DNA of 64,000 nt, from assembly GCF_000143415.4 (NCBI RefSeq), contig NW_003314302.1, positions 146,151 to 210,150 on the forward strand, given 5' to 3'. The position numbers were made by a program, and so were the translations under genes. This stretch comes from Selaginella moellendorffii (Eukaryota; Plantae; Lycopodiophyta). The number at the start of each line of letters is the position of its first letter. The first letter of the stretch is position 1. Below the pieces are notes generated by a model. It searched no databases, had not been told where the DNA came from, and saw only the letters and a list, made by a program, of their open reading frames with translations. Below are positions 11,225 through 23,659 of the stretch, piece after piece.

Positions 11225-11678
11225 ACTCTTTCAGTATTCTCTAGTTAGAAGCGAGGGGGAAATTTAACCTGTGCCGGAGAAGTTCGTAAGCAAGGCAAAT
11301 CCCAGTTGCCTGCTCAACCAGACCAAAGCATAAGCAAAAAATCTTTGAGAAAAAAAGAGAAGCAGGAAACCTGGCATTTGCTTTGAGATCGTTTCCTTGA
11401 ATTTGTTGGAACAAGGGAGCAGACTTTGTGGGGAGAAGCTCTTGTTTATCACTTGCATGTCTAGTTTGGCAGAAGAGGTTGAGTATGCAATATCACACTT
11501 AAAAAGATTAAAGAAAGTCTAAAAATGAAACAAACAACATTTTGATTCCTTGCTCTCTTGAGGAGTCTTGAGCACAGCCGTTGCAGAAGGGTCATATCTT
11601 CCTAGATTTAGACTGGCAATCTTTAATCTTTCTTGCAGGTTAGGGTTCTTCAGTACGCTTCAATGATTAATTAGCTGA

Positions 11679-13607
11679 TCACTCCATTTTCACTGTCAAC
11701 TTTTTAAGTTTGCGCCATGTAATGACCAGTGTGATTATCATGGCCAGCACAGTAAGAACAGAAATGACATACAAACTAGCCCATATGGGTTTTACCTCGT
11801 AGGTAGCCGTGGTAGTGAGCAACACCACACTACCATCACTGAGGACCTGAGGTACAGTTTGCGCCTGCAACATGTCCCGGTCCTTCTCTACGCTTTCCAC
11901 GCTGCTATATGCTGTATATGCTAGTAAAACTGCACAGAATGTGAACTTAGTGAATCAACTTGGCAAGAATAGGTTACCTGCAAAACTGAGCACCAGGAGT
12001 GTTCTATAAAGAAACTTAACCCAAAAGATGGGGTCCTGGCTTGAAAAAACTGATTTACTGCTCGACTGAGCAGCCTGGTCGTCAGTGTTGGAGTCCCCTA
12101 CTGCGCCACCCCTGTTCCAGAAATTCTGAAACGACTCTTCGATATCTTGCAACTTGTGACTCGTTGCCAAGAAACATGTTCCCAGGAAGGACACAATCGC
12201 TGACAAAATCCCGGTATAGACTTGGTTTCTGTTGTTTGATCCGTCTTTCCACAGCTTGTTCTGCTTGAACTTGACGTCTCTGAGCTGTAACATGGACTCA
12301 ATCATGAGCTTGATCTCTGTGCTGATTGCAGTGTCCAGCTTGCTCACACATAGCTTGTCCTTGAACTCGAGCTGTCCCATAGGCAGATCTTCTGAACAGG
12401 GGGTACTGATCTTGTTCTCCCGGGGAGTGGGAGCCCAGAGAAATTGTCGCATCTTGTTCAGGTAGTACTCACCATCTTCAATGCTCAGTACCAGCTGATT
12501 GGTACTGCACCTGTTCTGAACCTCCACACTGGATGGCACCGGTGACTGCTGCATCAATGCTTCGACACAGGATGTTGTGTTCACCATGGCTTGCAAGTTA
12601 TCCGCTGTGACGGTGGTGAGGGCATACCCAAAAGAGACATTCCCCTTAAAGGTTGCAATAAATGGTGCAGGCTTGTCAGAGGAGGTGTTGTGTGTGTTAA
12701 GAACAAGCCAATTGGTTCCACCGGCGTTCCAAGCCCAGTAAGACTTTAGCAAATTGCAAGGGGAACGATAGTCGAATGGTCCCCACCTACTGGTGTCCAT
12801 GTTCTTGGTGACCACAACACATACCTTGGTGGAGGAATTGGAACAGCCGCATTGGAGGGTAGGAAACCCGAGGTAAACTGCGGCGTCGTTGCTGTAGTAA
12901 GATGGTGCAAACCCACACTTTGGTACATCGTTAGTGTTCGTAACATAATAGTGGCTCGAGGAGTTGAGCTTCTGGTACTTGGTGAAGTCCGTCCTTGCAT
13001 TGCTGGCGTAGTTGGAAAGGTAGAATCCTGCTGTGCTATGCTGCATGTTCTTCAGATCTGGTTCAATGCTAGGTGCAGTAGCAGCCCTGTAAGGTACACC
13101 AACAAGGAGCAGGCTGAGATCCACCTCGTTTTCCATCGAAAGGATGGCAGTAGTCCAGAGGCATGACCGATTGCTCTGGCTACCACCGATGGATAGGCAC
13201 ATGCGAATGCTGATACCCCAGTCCACTTGCATCCTCCACTGCCAGTTGCGCCGGTGCTGCTTCATGTGACCGCCTGCTATGTGGGGCTCGGCCGAGGCAT
13301 ACAGCTTGTTGGCTCCCCCATCACTCGTCGAGTTGCTGATCACTCTCCATGCACTAGCTTGCTGGTAGGCAGAATTGGCGAGCTCGACGTCGACGCCAGT
13401 TGTCGTGGAGAGGACGCTGGCGAGGGAAGAACGCAGAGACCATCTATAGAGCGGATCGAATTCGTTGACAAAGCTGTTCACTTCGGGGCATGCAAAACCC
13501 TCCCTGGACGGGAGGTCGAGATAGAAATGATCGTCGTCGGACCCATGACAGGAATGCGCGAGAAGTAGGAGTAGTGCTGTTGCAGGCAGAAGAAGTGAGA
13601 GGAGCAT
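11679..13607 (-). CDS. Orphan ~626-aa protein: signal peptide, large Cys-containing N-glycosylated ectodomain, ~3 C-terminal TM helices
   Basis: ATG at 13607 (MLLSLLLPATALLLLLAHSCHG); in-frame 48-nt GT-AG intron 11930-11977; hydrophobic segments VYTGILSAIVSFLGTCFLA, LLVLSFAVLLAYTAY, ASLYVISVLTVLAMIITLVITW-RKLKK. Confidence 0.8.
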
Positions 13608-14413
13608 ACTTGACAAGAAGGAGGATTCTCAAAGCTAATTGCAGAAGCTCATACAAATTCAAGAAAACATATGAACTCAAGAGGGTCACAGTGAGATTGA
13701 ACAATGCATTTACTTTGTCACGTAAACTATATAAAGGCATCTTTTCGCTTTCATAGTAGATTAGTCAAGCTTCCTGTTCCTTTCGACAAATCCTCATTAA
13801 CAAATGAGCTTAAGAGCACAGGTCTTCCATCAGGTTCAGGGTACTTACCAGTCCAAGAAGTCAGTCTACACAAGTTGTGTTGACAAAATATCATTATTAT
13901 GATTATTGTATATTACCTGTCCTATCTAGATCAGTACCTTATAAATGAAACCTCTTCTTTCATAAGAGTTGCCAATTACTGAGAAAGAACAGATCAAGAG
14001 TTCATCCTTAGCTCTTGCAACTCCATTTGACTGTGATGAGCAATGGAAAGTATCCTATCACAAGCCTGAAACCACTGTTTAAACCTTTTGCATGATCTTA
14101 ATAATATCTCGTGAAAAGATCTGTAGCTCAGGAGTCAATCATATTTATCAACTTTGACGACCTTTGGATAAATGCAATGTTCTCTATTAACATCACGAGC
14201 ATTGACAATTTCCTCTGAATTCATCGTACAATAAAAAAAAGGTGACCCGGTATGAGCTTTGCATCAGCATTACACACATTCACTCCGCGTCTCTAATATA
14301 AATGACAACACACTACTTTAAAGGTTTCATGGCGCACTCCATCATTCTATACTTTCTTCTTGAGTTTAACTGCCAGGTTTTAAGCCTGCCTTCTGTGTTC
14401 GTAGTGTTAGCCC

Positions 14414-16827
14414 ATGGCTTTGATTCTCCAGGAACGAGATCATGGAGACACTCGCATTGTTTATTTGGGGAATGTCGATAAATCCCTTCATCCAGTAGCT
14501 CCCATCACGCACTCCTTCGGGATGTTCTAGGAAGGTAAAACTTTGATCATTAAAAGAAAACTTCATCCAAATTCGTTTATACCAGTGACGAGGCTGCTAG
14601 AGAATCACTGAGGCATGGATTCAGTGGCTTCTCAGCTCGACTAACAGAAGAACAAGCTGCTAAAATTTCCAGTAAACATAAATTTATTCCAAAGTCTATC
14701 CTTCTTTCTTTTTTCTTTTCTTCCCACAATTGCAGGCGTTCCAAATGTGTTGTCTATCTTTCCCAATAAAATCCGCAGGATCCACACCACAAACTCATGA
14801 GAGTTTCTCGGCCTCTATTGAAGTGGAGAGAACTCCTTGTTTGGTGCTAGCGAATCTACTGAATCATCTTGGCTATGGCACAACACAAAATATGGCAAAG
14901 ACGTTATTGTCGGTGTCTTTGATTCATGTAATTCCCTCTTCCTTCTTTTCTTTTTTGTAATAATATTCGTTTTTCTAGGAGTGTGGCCGGAGTCCGAGAG
15001 TTTTTTGGATCACGGCAAGGAATCAATCCCCAAAAGATGGAAAGGAACATGCGAAACTGGAGAGAAATTTAACGCTTCTCACTGCAACAAGTAAAATATA
15101 AGAAACCACATAAATTCTAGCTACATGCTAACTCGTTAATTTGTGATCTTCCAGGAAACTTATCGGTGCCAGATTCCTTTCTCACTGCCTACAGGATGCA
15201 AAAGCACACCGAGAAATTCTTTCTCCATGTTAATGGCCATGGAACTCACACGGCTTCCACTGCCGGAGGCCGATTCGTGAGAAACGCAAACTGGCTTGGG
15301 TACGCAAAAGGCACTGCAAAAGGTGGCGCTCCAGACGCAATCTACAAGATATGCTGGAGAAACATCACGGATGACACTGTCGGGTGCCCAGACGCTCACG
15401 TTCTCAGTGCATCCAGCGGGTGATTACTTCCTAGATTCTACGTCCATTGGAGCGTTCCATGCCATGCAGAAAGGCATTGTGGTGGTGGCTTCCGCTGGAA
15501 ACAGTCACCAAATTCTGGGACCTGGCTCGGTGGAAAATGTAGCACCCTAGATCATTACTGTTGGAGCAACCACTCTTGATCGAGCCTACTTTGGAGACCT
15601 TTTCCTTGGCAACAATGAATCATTTCGGAATTCTAATTTGAAATGGTTTCCAGGGTTTTAGAGCTTTTCAGCCAGGTAAAGCAATCATCCTGCGAGTTAA
15701 GATGATATTGGGTCTTTGGATCCCAACGGCATGTTTGAGAGGGCGGATGCATCCAGCGTTCCAATCTTTCGTAGTTTTTAGTGCTGGTGGAGCTGGGATT
15801 ATCTTTTGCAACTCAACTGAAGTTGATCAAGATACTGGAAATGAGTTTCTTCCTTCAGTTCTTGTTGATGAAAAAGCTGGAGAAGCCAACTTTTCGTATA
15901 TAGGTAAAAATGTTTGTGTTTTGTATTTTATTTAACCTTTTGTGCCTGCCAGGATTCCTGTAGCACAGATAAAAACATCAGATTTCCTTGACAAATCAAA
16001 AGCCTGCTCCTCTCATGGCAGCATTTTCATCCTCTGGTCCCAACCTGGTTGATCCAGACATACTCACGGTATATTTTTAGTGTTATTTTGTTAGTTATTT
16101 TGAGACTTTTGTTCTTTCAGCCTGATATTACAGCTCCAGGAGTACACATTTTAGCAGCATACAGACAATTCAATAACTCTAAAGTACCATACAAACTTGT
16201 TTCTGGAACCTCTATGTCTTGCCCTCATGTAAGTGGGATTGTCGCGCTACTAAAGTCCTATTATCCAACCTGGAGTCCAGCTGCAATCAAATCAGCCACA
16301 GCAACAACAGGTAATGTACAACTTGAAAAAAAGTGATATACATATTATTCTTAACACCTTACAAAACAGGTTAGTGGTTTGATAATCTTGATGAATCAAT
16401 CAAGCATCACCCTTTGATTCTGGTGGAGGGCATGTAAATCCAAATGCCGCTGCACACCCTAGCCTAGTATATGATGCCGACGAGCAAGACTCCATTGGAT
16501 ATCTCTGTGGTCTGGGGTACAACCAGACGAAACTTCAGATCCTCACGCAAACTGCCGCTAAGTGTCCCGACAATCCCACAGACCTCAACTGTCCATCCAT
16601 TGCCATCTCCAATTTAAGCCGCAGCAAAGTCGACGAACTACACGGCAGCTATCGAAGCACCAGAGAGTGTGTCGGTGTCGGTTCATCCATCTGTGCTGCG
16701 GTTCAAGCACAACGGCGAGACGAAAGCATTCCAGGTGATATTTAGAGTGGAGGACGACTCAAACATTGATAATGATGTTTTCGGGAAGTATATGGTCACC
16801 AGTCCCATTGCAGTCAGTTTTGGATGA
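14414..16827 (+). pseudogene. Plant subtilisin-like serine protease (S8, SBT)
   Basis: I9 prodomain (IVYLG, HGFSGFSARLT), [56 protein letters not shown]; internal stops and deletions. Confidence 0.9.
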
Positions 16828-17100
16828 AGTAAAATTTCATGTGCATGCTCAGAGTAAAAAGGCTGATACATTTGTGTTTTGAATAAAGACAAACATTTAA
16901 ATGGTTTTCAATTCGAAAAAGGTCACAATTATTCAAGTAGAGAAAACACAGATACACATTTAATATCTACAATGTTTGTTTGTATGGAACATGTACAAAG
17001 AACACTTGTGCAGAAATTTAAACACAATTGAAAGTTTTTTTAAAGAAAATTCTTTTGATATTAGTACGTTTATTTGGATGGTGAAGAACCCTAAAATTCA

Positions 17101-18940
17101 ATGGAAGCTCCTGCCCCTTGCAATCCCTTGCAAGCTGCGGCCTCCAGGTATGCTGCAGGGCAGAGATTACAGGAGAATGCGGGCCAGAAAGATGGTCTAG
17201 CGCCATTGTTTTGGCATCCGAGAACAAATCCAGGAAGAAGAATGTGGAGGACGATTTCGCTGCATACACGACGGCTGCGTTGGCTCTGCTAGAGGAGTAT
17301 GCTGCCGGATGCAGCGTGGCTGTGCTAGAGAAGAAGAAAGATTTGTCATCCAATCTGGGAGCAAAGGAAACTTTGCAGCGTGAGAAATTTTCTTCCAGAG
17401 TTTCTCAAAGGGAAAGTTCGACCATTGGACGAGGACGAAGAGAAAGAAGAGAAGGAAGACGAGAGAGTGGAAGTTTGGGAGGCGACTTGAGCCCAATGAC
17501 CGCCGAGGAGGAGCGTCAGCTACTGGCTGAAGCTGAGGAGGAGCTCTCGGAGCTCAGGAAGATGCATGGAGAGCGTTCCATTTTTGAGAATCGCTCGAAG
17601 CTTGGGATCGAAGGATGACGACCGCGTGGAGATAAGATGGAAGTCTGGAACGAAGAGGAGGACTCTTCCACAGATGTTTCTACGAGTGACAAGGAAGATC
17701 GAGCAGGAACAAGAAAGGCGTGCCTGCTGTGATGAGGTGCTTCGACCGAGCAAAGATTTACGTCAAAGCTGGGGATGGTGGCAATGGTGAAGGAGCCGAA
17801 ATGTTGGTTCTCAATCCCCTCTCTTCAAGCGTGATGGTTTGTTCTTCAGTTTTTGTTTTTTGTTCTTCCTGTCTTGATTTGTTTGAGCTGTGATCTTTCC
17901 AGGTGGGTCGATCTGGAGCTTAAACTTGTGGCAGACGTGGGAATTATAGGTGTTCCAAACGCTGGAAAGAGCACGCTACTAAGTGCTATCAGTGCTGCTC
18001 GTCCCGCCATTGCTGCGTATCCATTTACGACACTACTACCCAACCTTGGAGTGGTGTCGCTGGACTTCGATGCAACGATGGTTATAGCCGACTTGCCCGG
18101 GCTTCTCGAAGGTGCTCACGCTGGATACGGCCTCGGTCACGAATTTTTACGCCACTGAGCGCTGTCGAGTCCTGGTAAGCTTTTTGTTTTAAACTTACCT
18201 GCGTGCTAAAAGTTTCTTTGGAGAACCAGATTCATGTTATAGACGGTACGACTGCCAGAATTCGACTACGATGCAGTGACTGGAGCTGGAACTGTTTGAT
18301 CCTCGCCTTTGCTCCAACAAGATGGATGTCCCAGAGGCTGCCGAACGCTGGGAAAGTTTCCGGAAAGCTATGGAGTCTCGTGGAGTGGAGGTTCGTTCCA
18401 TGAGCGCCGCAAGTTGTACGTCATGCGTATAAGCTTCTACAGACAGTCCCAGTTGGTAAGTATGAAACACTACTTTTAACTCGACTGTGGAACTCTTTCT
18501 CTACTATTCTTGCAGAAGAACCCGTGTCGATCTCGAACGACGTAGCTTCGATGGTGAAAAAGGAGCGAAGTAGTCCCATTGGAGAATTTAAGGTGGACGT
18601 CGACCCAGAATCAGACTTGTGGCACATTTACGGTTCTGGTGTGGAGCGCTTCACGCAAATGACTAACTGGGAGTAAGCTTACATCTTTTATCTTCCCATT
18701 CAGTTCTTACACGACTCGCAAGTATTTCGAGTCCCTGCAACGATTCGAGCGGGTCTTAGAGTGCAGCGGGATAAACGCCGAGCTGAAAAGTAGAGGAATT
18801 CACGAAGGAGACAAAGTTGCGATCGGAGACGTGCGTTAAATTCACACTCTTCGTTCTGTGCTATGAGCCCACTGTTTGTTATTCTTTTTTCTTCGAACTT
18901 ACAGATAGTTTTCACTTGGCACGATTCCAATGATATTGCA
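17101..18940 (+). pseudogene. Chloroplast Obg GTPase (ObgC-like) with the Obg fold deleted
   Basis: [23 protein letters not shown] joined directly to [16 protein letters not shown]; 2-nt loss gives EFLRH* at 18158. Confidence 0.88.
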
Positions 18941-19091
18941 AATGTGGGGACTTGGAGACGCGGCCAGAGAGGCTAAAAAAGTTGGCCACACTGATGCCTC
19001 GTTTGTAGAAAAGGTGATCTTTTTTCTACAATTTTTCGCTTGCGTTCCAGAGAGACAAAAGGCCTGGTGGTTTACGTTTTTGCAGCGATAA

Positions 19092-20685
19092 TGGCTACCA
19101 AAAGTGTTAACATTTGGAAGATACAAAGGCCAGCCTCTCGGTTCTCTTCCAGCGAACTATCTGCAATGGATGGCACAGGAGCTAGACAACCACTGGAATG
19201 GCTTGGCCAGGCAAGTTCTATCAGAAAGAAAAGAAGGAGAAAGCTCGAGCACTCAAGAAGGTGGCAGCAACGTTTTTGCTCCGCAGAGTTCTCGCAAAGT
19301 TGGATCCATGGTTCTCACTTCGGGAAGTACAAAGGCCAAGCGCTGGGTTCTCTCCCGGACGTGTACCTGGAATGGATGGCGAACAACAGCACACACACTG
19401 GGGGAGACACGGGAGAGAGTTTCTGGATAGCAAGCACGGTGGTGATCGAGAAGTTCGCATCGCCCAAGAACAGGATGGATCGATCGCGTTGAAGAAGCAG
19501 AGCCTGGCTTGTCAAGAGAGGAGAGGCCTCGAGGAAGCCAAGCGGATCCATGCGCGGGTGAAAGCCAGCGCCTATCGCAACGATCGATACATTGCCAATC
19601 TTCTCATGGACATGTTTGGAGCTTGCGGGAGCGCGGACACGGCGCTGGAGATCTTTGAGAAGATCCAGGCGCCCAACATCTTCTCCTGGAACATCATCCT
19701 CAAGGTTGTCACGCAGAAGAATGGATGCGATCCAGAGGTGTGGAAGATTTTCGAGAAGATCCCGGAGAAGGAGAAGAATGCCGTGTCGTGGAACATCGTG
19801 CCGCGCTCGCGGCCGAGAAGGGGAATCTGCGCAAAGTGGAGGAGTTTTTCTACGAGAGGATGCCCGTCAAGGATGTGTTCTCCTGGACTACGCTGCTCAA
19901 TGCCTACATAACAAATGAGCGGTTTGACAAGGCCAGGGAGATCTTTGCGAGCCTCGATGACGAGAATGTAAACGCCGCTACGTGGAACACGATGATAGAA
20001 GGATATGCCCAGGCAGGGGATATGCTGCGAGCCAGAAAAATGTTCGATAGCATGCCCGAAAACAGCGTTGTGTCGTGGAATTTGATGATTACATAATGTG
20101 GAAGATGGATGACTCTACTTGCTTGCTGCCGGAGGCACTTGGACGGGGAGAATGGCAAGCTTTGCGCAGAGAGATTGTTTGTTTTGGATCCAGAGAACGT
20201 TTCACCGTACAAGATCCTCGTGGAGATCTACAGCCAAACCGGGAGAGCGAACGACATTGCCGGATTGAAGAAGATGGTGAGAGACAAAGGTCTCCACAAG
20301 CTCGAGGCCGAGAGCCTGATCCAGATCGATGGCATCACGCACAAGTTTCGAGTGGGAGACACTGCGCATCCGAGCATCAAGAAAGTTCGGAAGGAAGTTG
20401 CCAGGTTGACGAAGCTGCTGGAGAGAGAGATCATGGGTATAAACACGAGAACTTGGGATGGAGCAAGTGTGGCAGCGGTGTTCACAGTGAGAAGCTTGCA
20501 ATCGCGTACACGCTGTGTGAGAAGACCATGAGATCTCGCTCGTGAATAACTTGAGGATGTGCGGTGACTGCCATCCTTCTGCGAAGATGATCTCCAGCGT
20601 GGTGAAGAGGAAGATCACAGTACGTGACATGCAGAGGCTGCATGGTTTTGAGAATGATGTTTGCTCTTGCGCGGATACCTGGTAA
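19092..20685 (+). pseudogene. DUF3820-like x2 + PLS-E-DYW PPR, copy 2
   Basis: Same architecture as copy 1; retains HSEKLA and CGDCH zinc-binding motifs; internal deletion and frameshifts. Confidence 0.9.
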
Positions 20686-20688
20686 GTT

Positions 20689-21033
20689 TTAGTCTATTGT
20701 GGTTCCAGAGGTGGGAAGATCGTGATGGATCTATTCGTTAAATCGACCCTGGAGGTGGAAAACGTTTGTGAATCCTGCTTTTTGGAGTTCATATGCCGCT
20801 TTCAATGATCTGTAAGGAGAGTTTCTTTCTGAGAGGTTTTGACGCGAGATCGGACGAGAGTACCTCGACTGGCATCCAAAGAAGCGCTCGGGATCCTTGA
20901 ACTTCTTTGCTTTAGGCCCTACGTGAGGAGAGTTCCTCCAATGCTAAACAGGACGATTACTTTCTTGTTCTTGTCGCTGTTGACAGCGTCGAGAGCTTTC
21001 TCGACGAATTCTGGGTTGCGCTCTGCCATGCAA
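20689..21033 (-). pseudogene. Rhodanese-like fragment, copy 2
   Basis: Duplicate of 10880-11224. Confidence 0.75.
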
Positions 21034-21347
21034 ACTCTTTCAGTATTCTCTAGTTAGAAGCGAAATTTAACCTGTGCCAGAGAAGTTCGTAAGCAAGGCA
21101 AATCCCAGTCGCCTGCTCAACCAGACCAAAGCATAAGCAAAAAATCTTTGAGAAAAAAAGAGAAGTTCCTTGAATTTGTCGGAACAAGGGAGCAGACTTT
21201 GTGGAGAGAAGCTCTTGTTTATCACTTGCATGTCTAGTTTGGCAGAAGAGGTTGAGTATGCAATAGTAGTGGTGTGAGGCTTTGAGCTTTGCAAAGAGCA
21301 AGGAATTCCAGGAATAGATATGAGGATTACACAATATTCCCTTTATT

Positions 21348-23160
21348 TAACGGCAAGACTTTCTAGAGAATTTTAAAGCTAGCCATCCTATAAATTGAAG
21401 GGAATGGATATGCAACCAAAGTGCAAGAAATTGATATTGCTAAAAGGTATGTAAAAAATCAAATTGAGAAACACAATTTAAAGGAAGTTATTACACAATA
21501 AAAAATAAAAAAACTTAATGAAAACTGGTCCGGTCATGAAACAAGCTTGTAATTTTTTATTATTTTATTATTTTCCAATAAGGTTGCAATACGTTTTTCC
21601 TCAGTGTTAAAATTATGAAAAACTTGTGGAGACCAAAAATCTAATATGCAATTAAAAATAAAACTTTTGGTTGGCATGTTTAAATTATCCTAGAATTAAT
21701 ACTGTCATGATTTTACTTGGACAATTGTGGAGATGGGGATGGCAATGATGGTGGAGCTAAATAGGATTGTTCGTCCCATCTGTTAGTATCATCACTATGC
21801 CTAAGTGCTATGGTTGTTTTGCAGAGCTTGGAGAAAGGCTACCTTGTTCTTCATGGCACAGTTGGCTATACCCTCAGCAACTTGTATCTCCAAATCACAT
21901 GGCAAAGCTTTAGTGCAATTTAGATCCTAGACATTGTGCTTCAAGGTAAGGATTGTTTGCCTATAGTTTTTTTTTTGTCCCAAGAATGTAAAGGATTCTC
22001 ACAATTGTTGAGAAGTTATATTTATGATGAACTTATGGTTTTATTTCTTTGGTTTGTGTAAAGATTTTTATTAGCTGTTTAGAAATATGGTCAAGTCTTG
22101 GATGGAGGTACTAGCATTGGCAGAGTAAATGGTCTTGATGCTTGTCTTTGACATTGAAGTTATTATTTTTCCTATCTTAGAAGCTTGAAGGTGTTTTTTG
22201 ACAAATCTTATTTAAATCATAGGTAACTAATGTTTTATTTCTTGTTACTTTCATTGCTTCATATTATTCATTGTTTCACATATGTTAACTTTTCTGGTAA
22301 GGGAATGCAATCAATTACCCACAACAATGGAATTTGCAAGGAGCTCATCAATCTTTATTATTTCTACTATAAAGAGTTCATGGTAAGTTGGATTGGAATG
22401 GAAACTTTCCTTTGATTTCTTTGTTTTCTTAAGCTGAGTTTAATTTTTCATCCATTCAAGGTATGATACTCTTAATGCTCTCAGCAGCTTTAAGTTGTGA
22501 CACTAGAGTTAGCTCTATTTTTCTTCCAAAAAAAGCATGCAAGACAAACAAAAGCTAAGTAAGATTTTTTAGATTTCTCAAAACAACTAACATTGCACTT
22601 TTGCTTTGACAGAAAAATTCAATTTCTATGTGTGATTGATTGATTGATTGATTGATTTTTTATAATCTGTGAGGTTTGAGGAAAGAATATCACAATGATG
22701 CTTCCATGATGATCTAAAGGTGAAACATTCCAATTAAGTTTTCTTTTGTTGTTGATTAAGAGCTAATTTTTTCCTAAAAATAGGACGAGGAGAGAGCACC
22801 TATAAAGCACATGTCAGAATTACTTTAATAGATGACTGTCAAGGGTGGTTTGCATTGGCCACTGCAACTCAATCGTAAAGTGAGTAAGATAATATAAATT
22901 TTTTTTGCATATTTTCTAGGAGGATTTAATTGCTTTCCTTGGTGGTGTCTTTATGGGAATGATACACTTAAACAAGGAGCCTTTTAAAGGTTAGATAAAA
23001 AAAACTACTACTGCAGTAAACTTCTAGAAAAAGGTGATGAAAAATTGTGCTATTTGGCATCACTCAAAGTTTATCTAAGTATGCTATCACTTTTAATCTT
23101 GTGTTTGTCACATTAATATTTGGTATGTTTGACTATGGCACTCTAGCATAGATCACTATA
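21348..23160 (+). repeat. Unclassified repeat X, copy 2 (longer, with further decayed exon-like pieces)
   Basis: Similarity to 6179-7471 up to 22586; right boundary approximate. Confidence 0.6.
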
Positions 23161-23659
23161 TATGATTTTCTAAGGGCAGTTCCAACTGTGATTTATCAGT
23201 TTTAATGGTCATAAATTAGAATATCAGTTATTTACTTAATTTTTTACTATAAATACCATTTATGATGATATTTTAAGTTATTAAAAAACAATTTCATCAT
23301 AACTATTATAATTGACTTAAAATTTATTCAAAAATAACTTCTAGACTACATATTTTTTGTTTTATAACTGTTTAAAATATATTGCAACTACAAATGTCAA
23401 CTTTAAAAAAAATCTAATTTTACTTTAAATCTAGTCACAAATGATGGCTACTAATAACAATAACAACTGAACATTTTAAGTTAAAATTTTAAAACTAAAT
23501 GACAAAAATTTAAATTATATAATGCAATAAGTCAGACTTGTGTAGTAGTGGACATCAATCATACCACCATGTGAAGCAACATAACTAGGATTATGTTGCT
23601 GGAGAAATGAATATTATTGTTGTAGAGAAAGTTTAAAAATGAAACAAATAACATTTCAG

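Larger units (their letters stand above)
7478..11492 (+). repeat. Segmental duplication unit Y, copy 1 (3' ObgC + DYW-PPR + rhodanese)
   Basis: Near-identical to 17839-21264. Confidence 0.95.
17839..21264 (+). repeat. Segmental duplication unit Y, copy 2
   Basis: Near-identical to 7478-11492 but lacks about 560 bp of the PPR array. Confidence 0.95.

Noticed and set aside
22915-23080. piggyBac-like motif EDLIAFLGG in repeat X
   Set aside because: Single weak motif; no TTAA TSD or TIRs found
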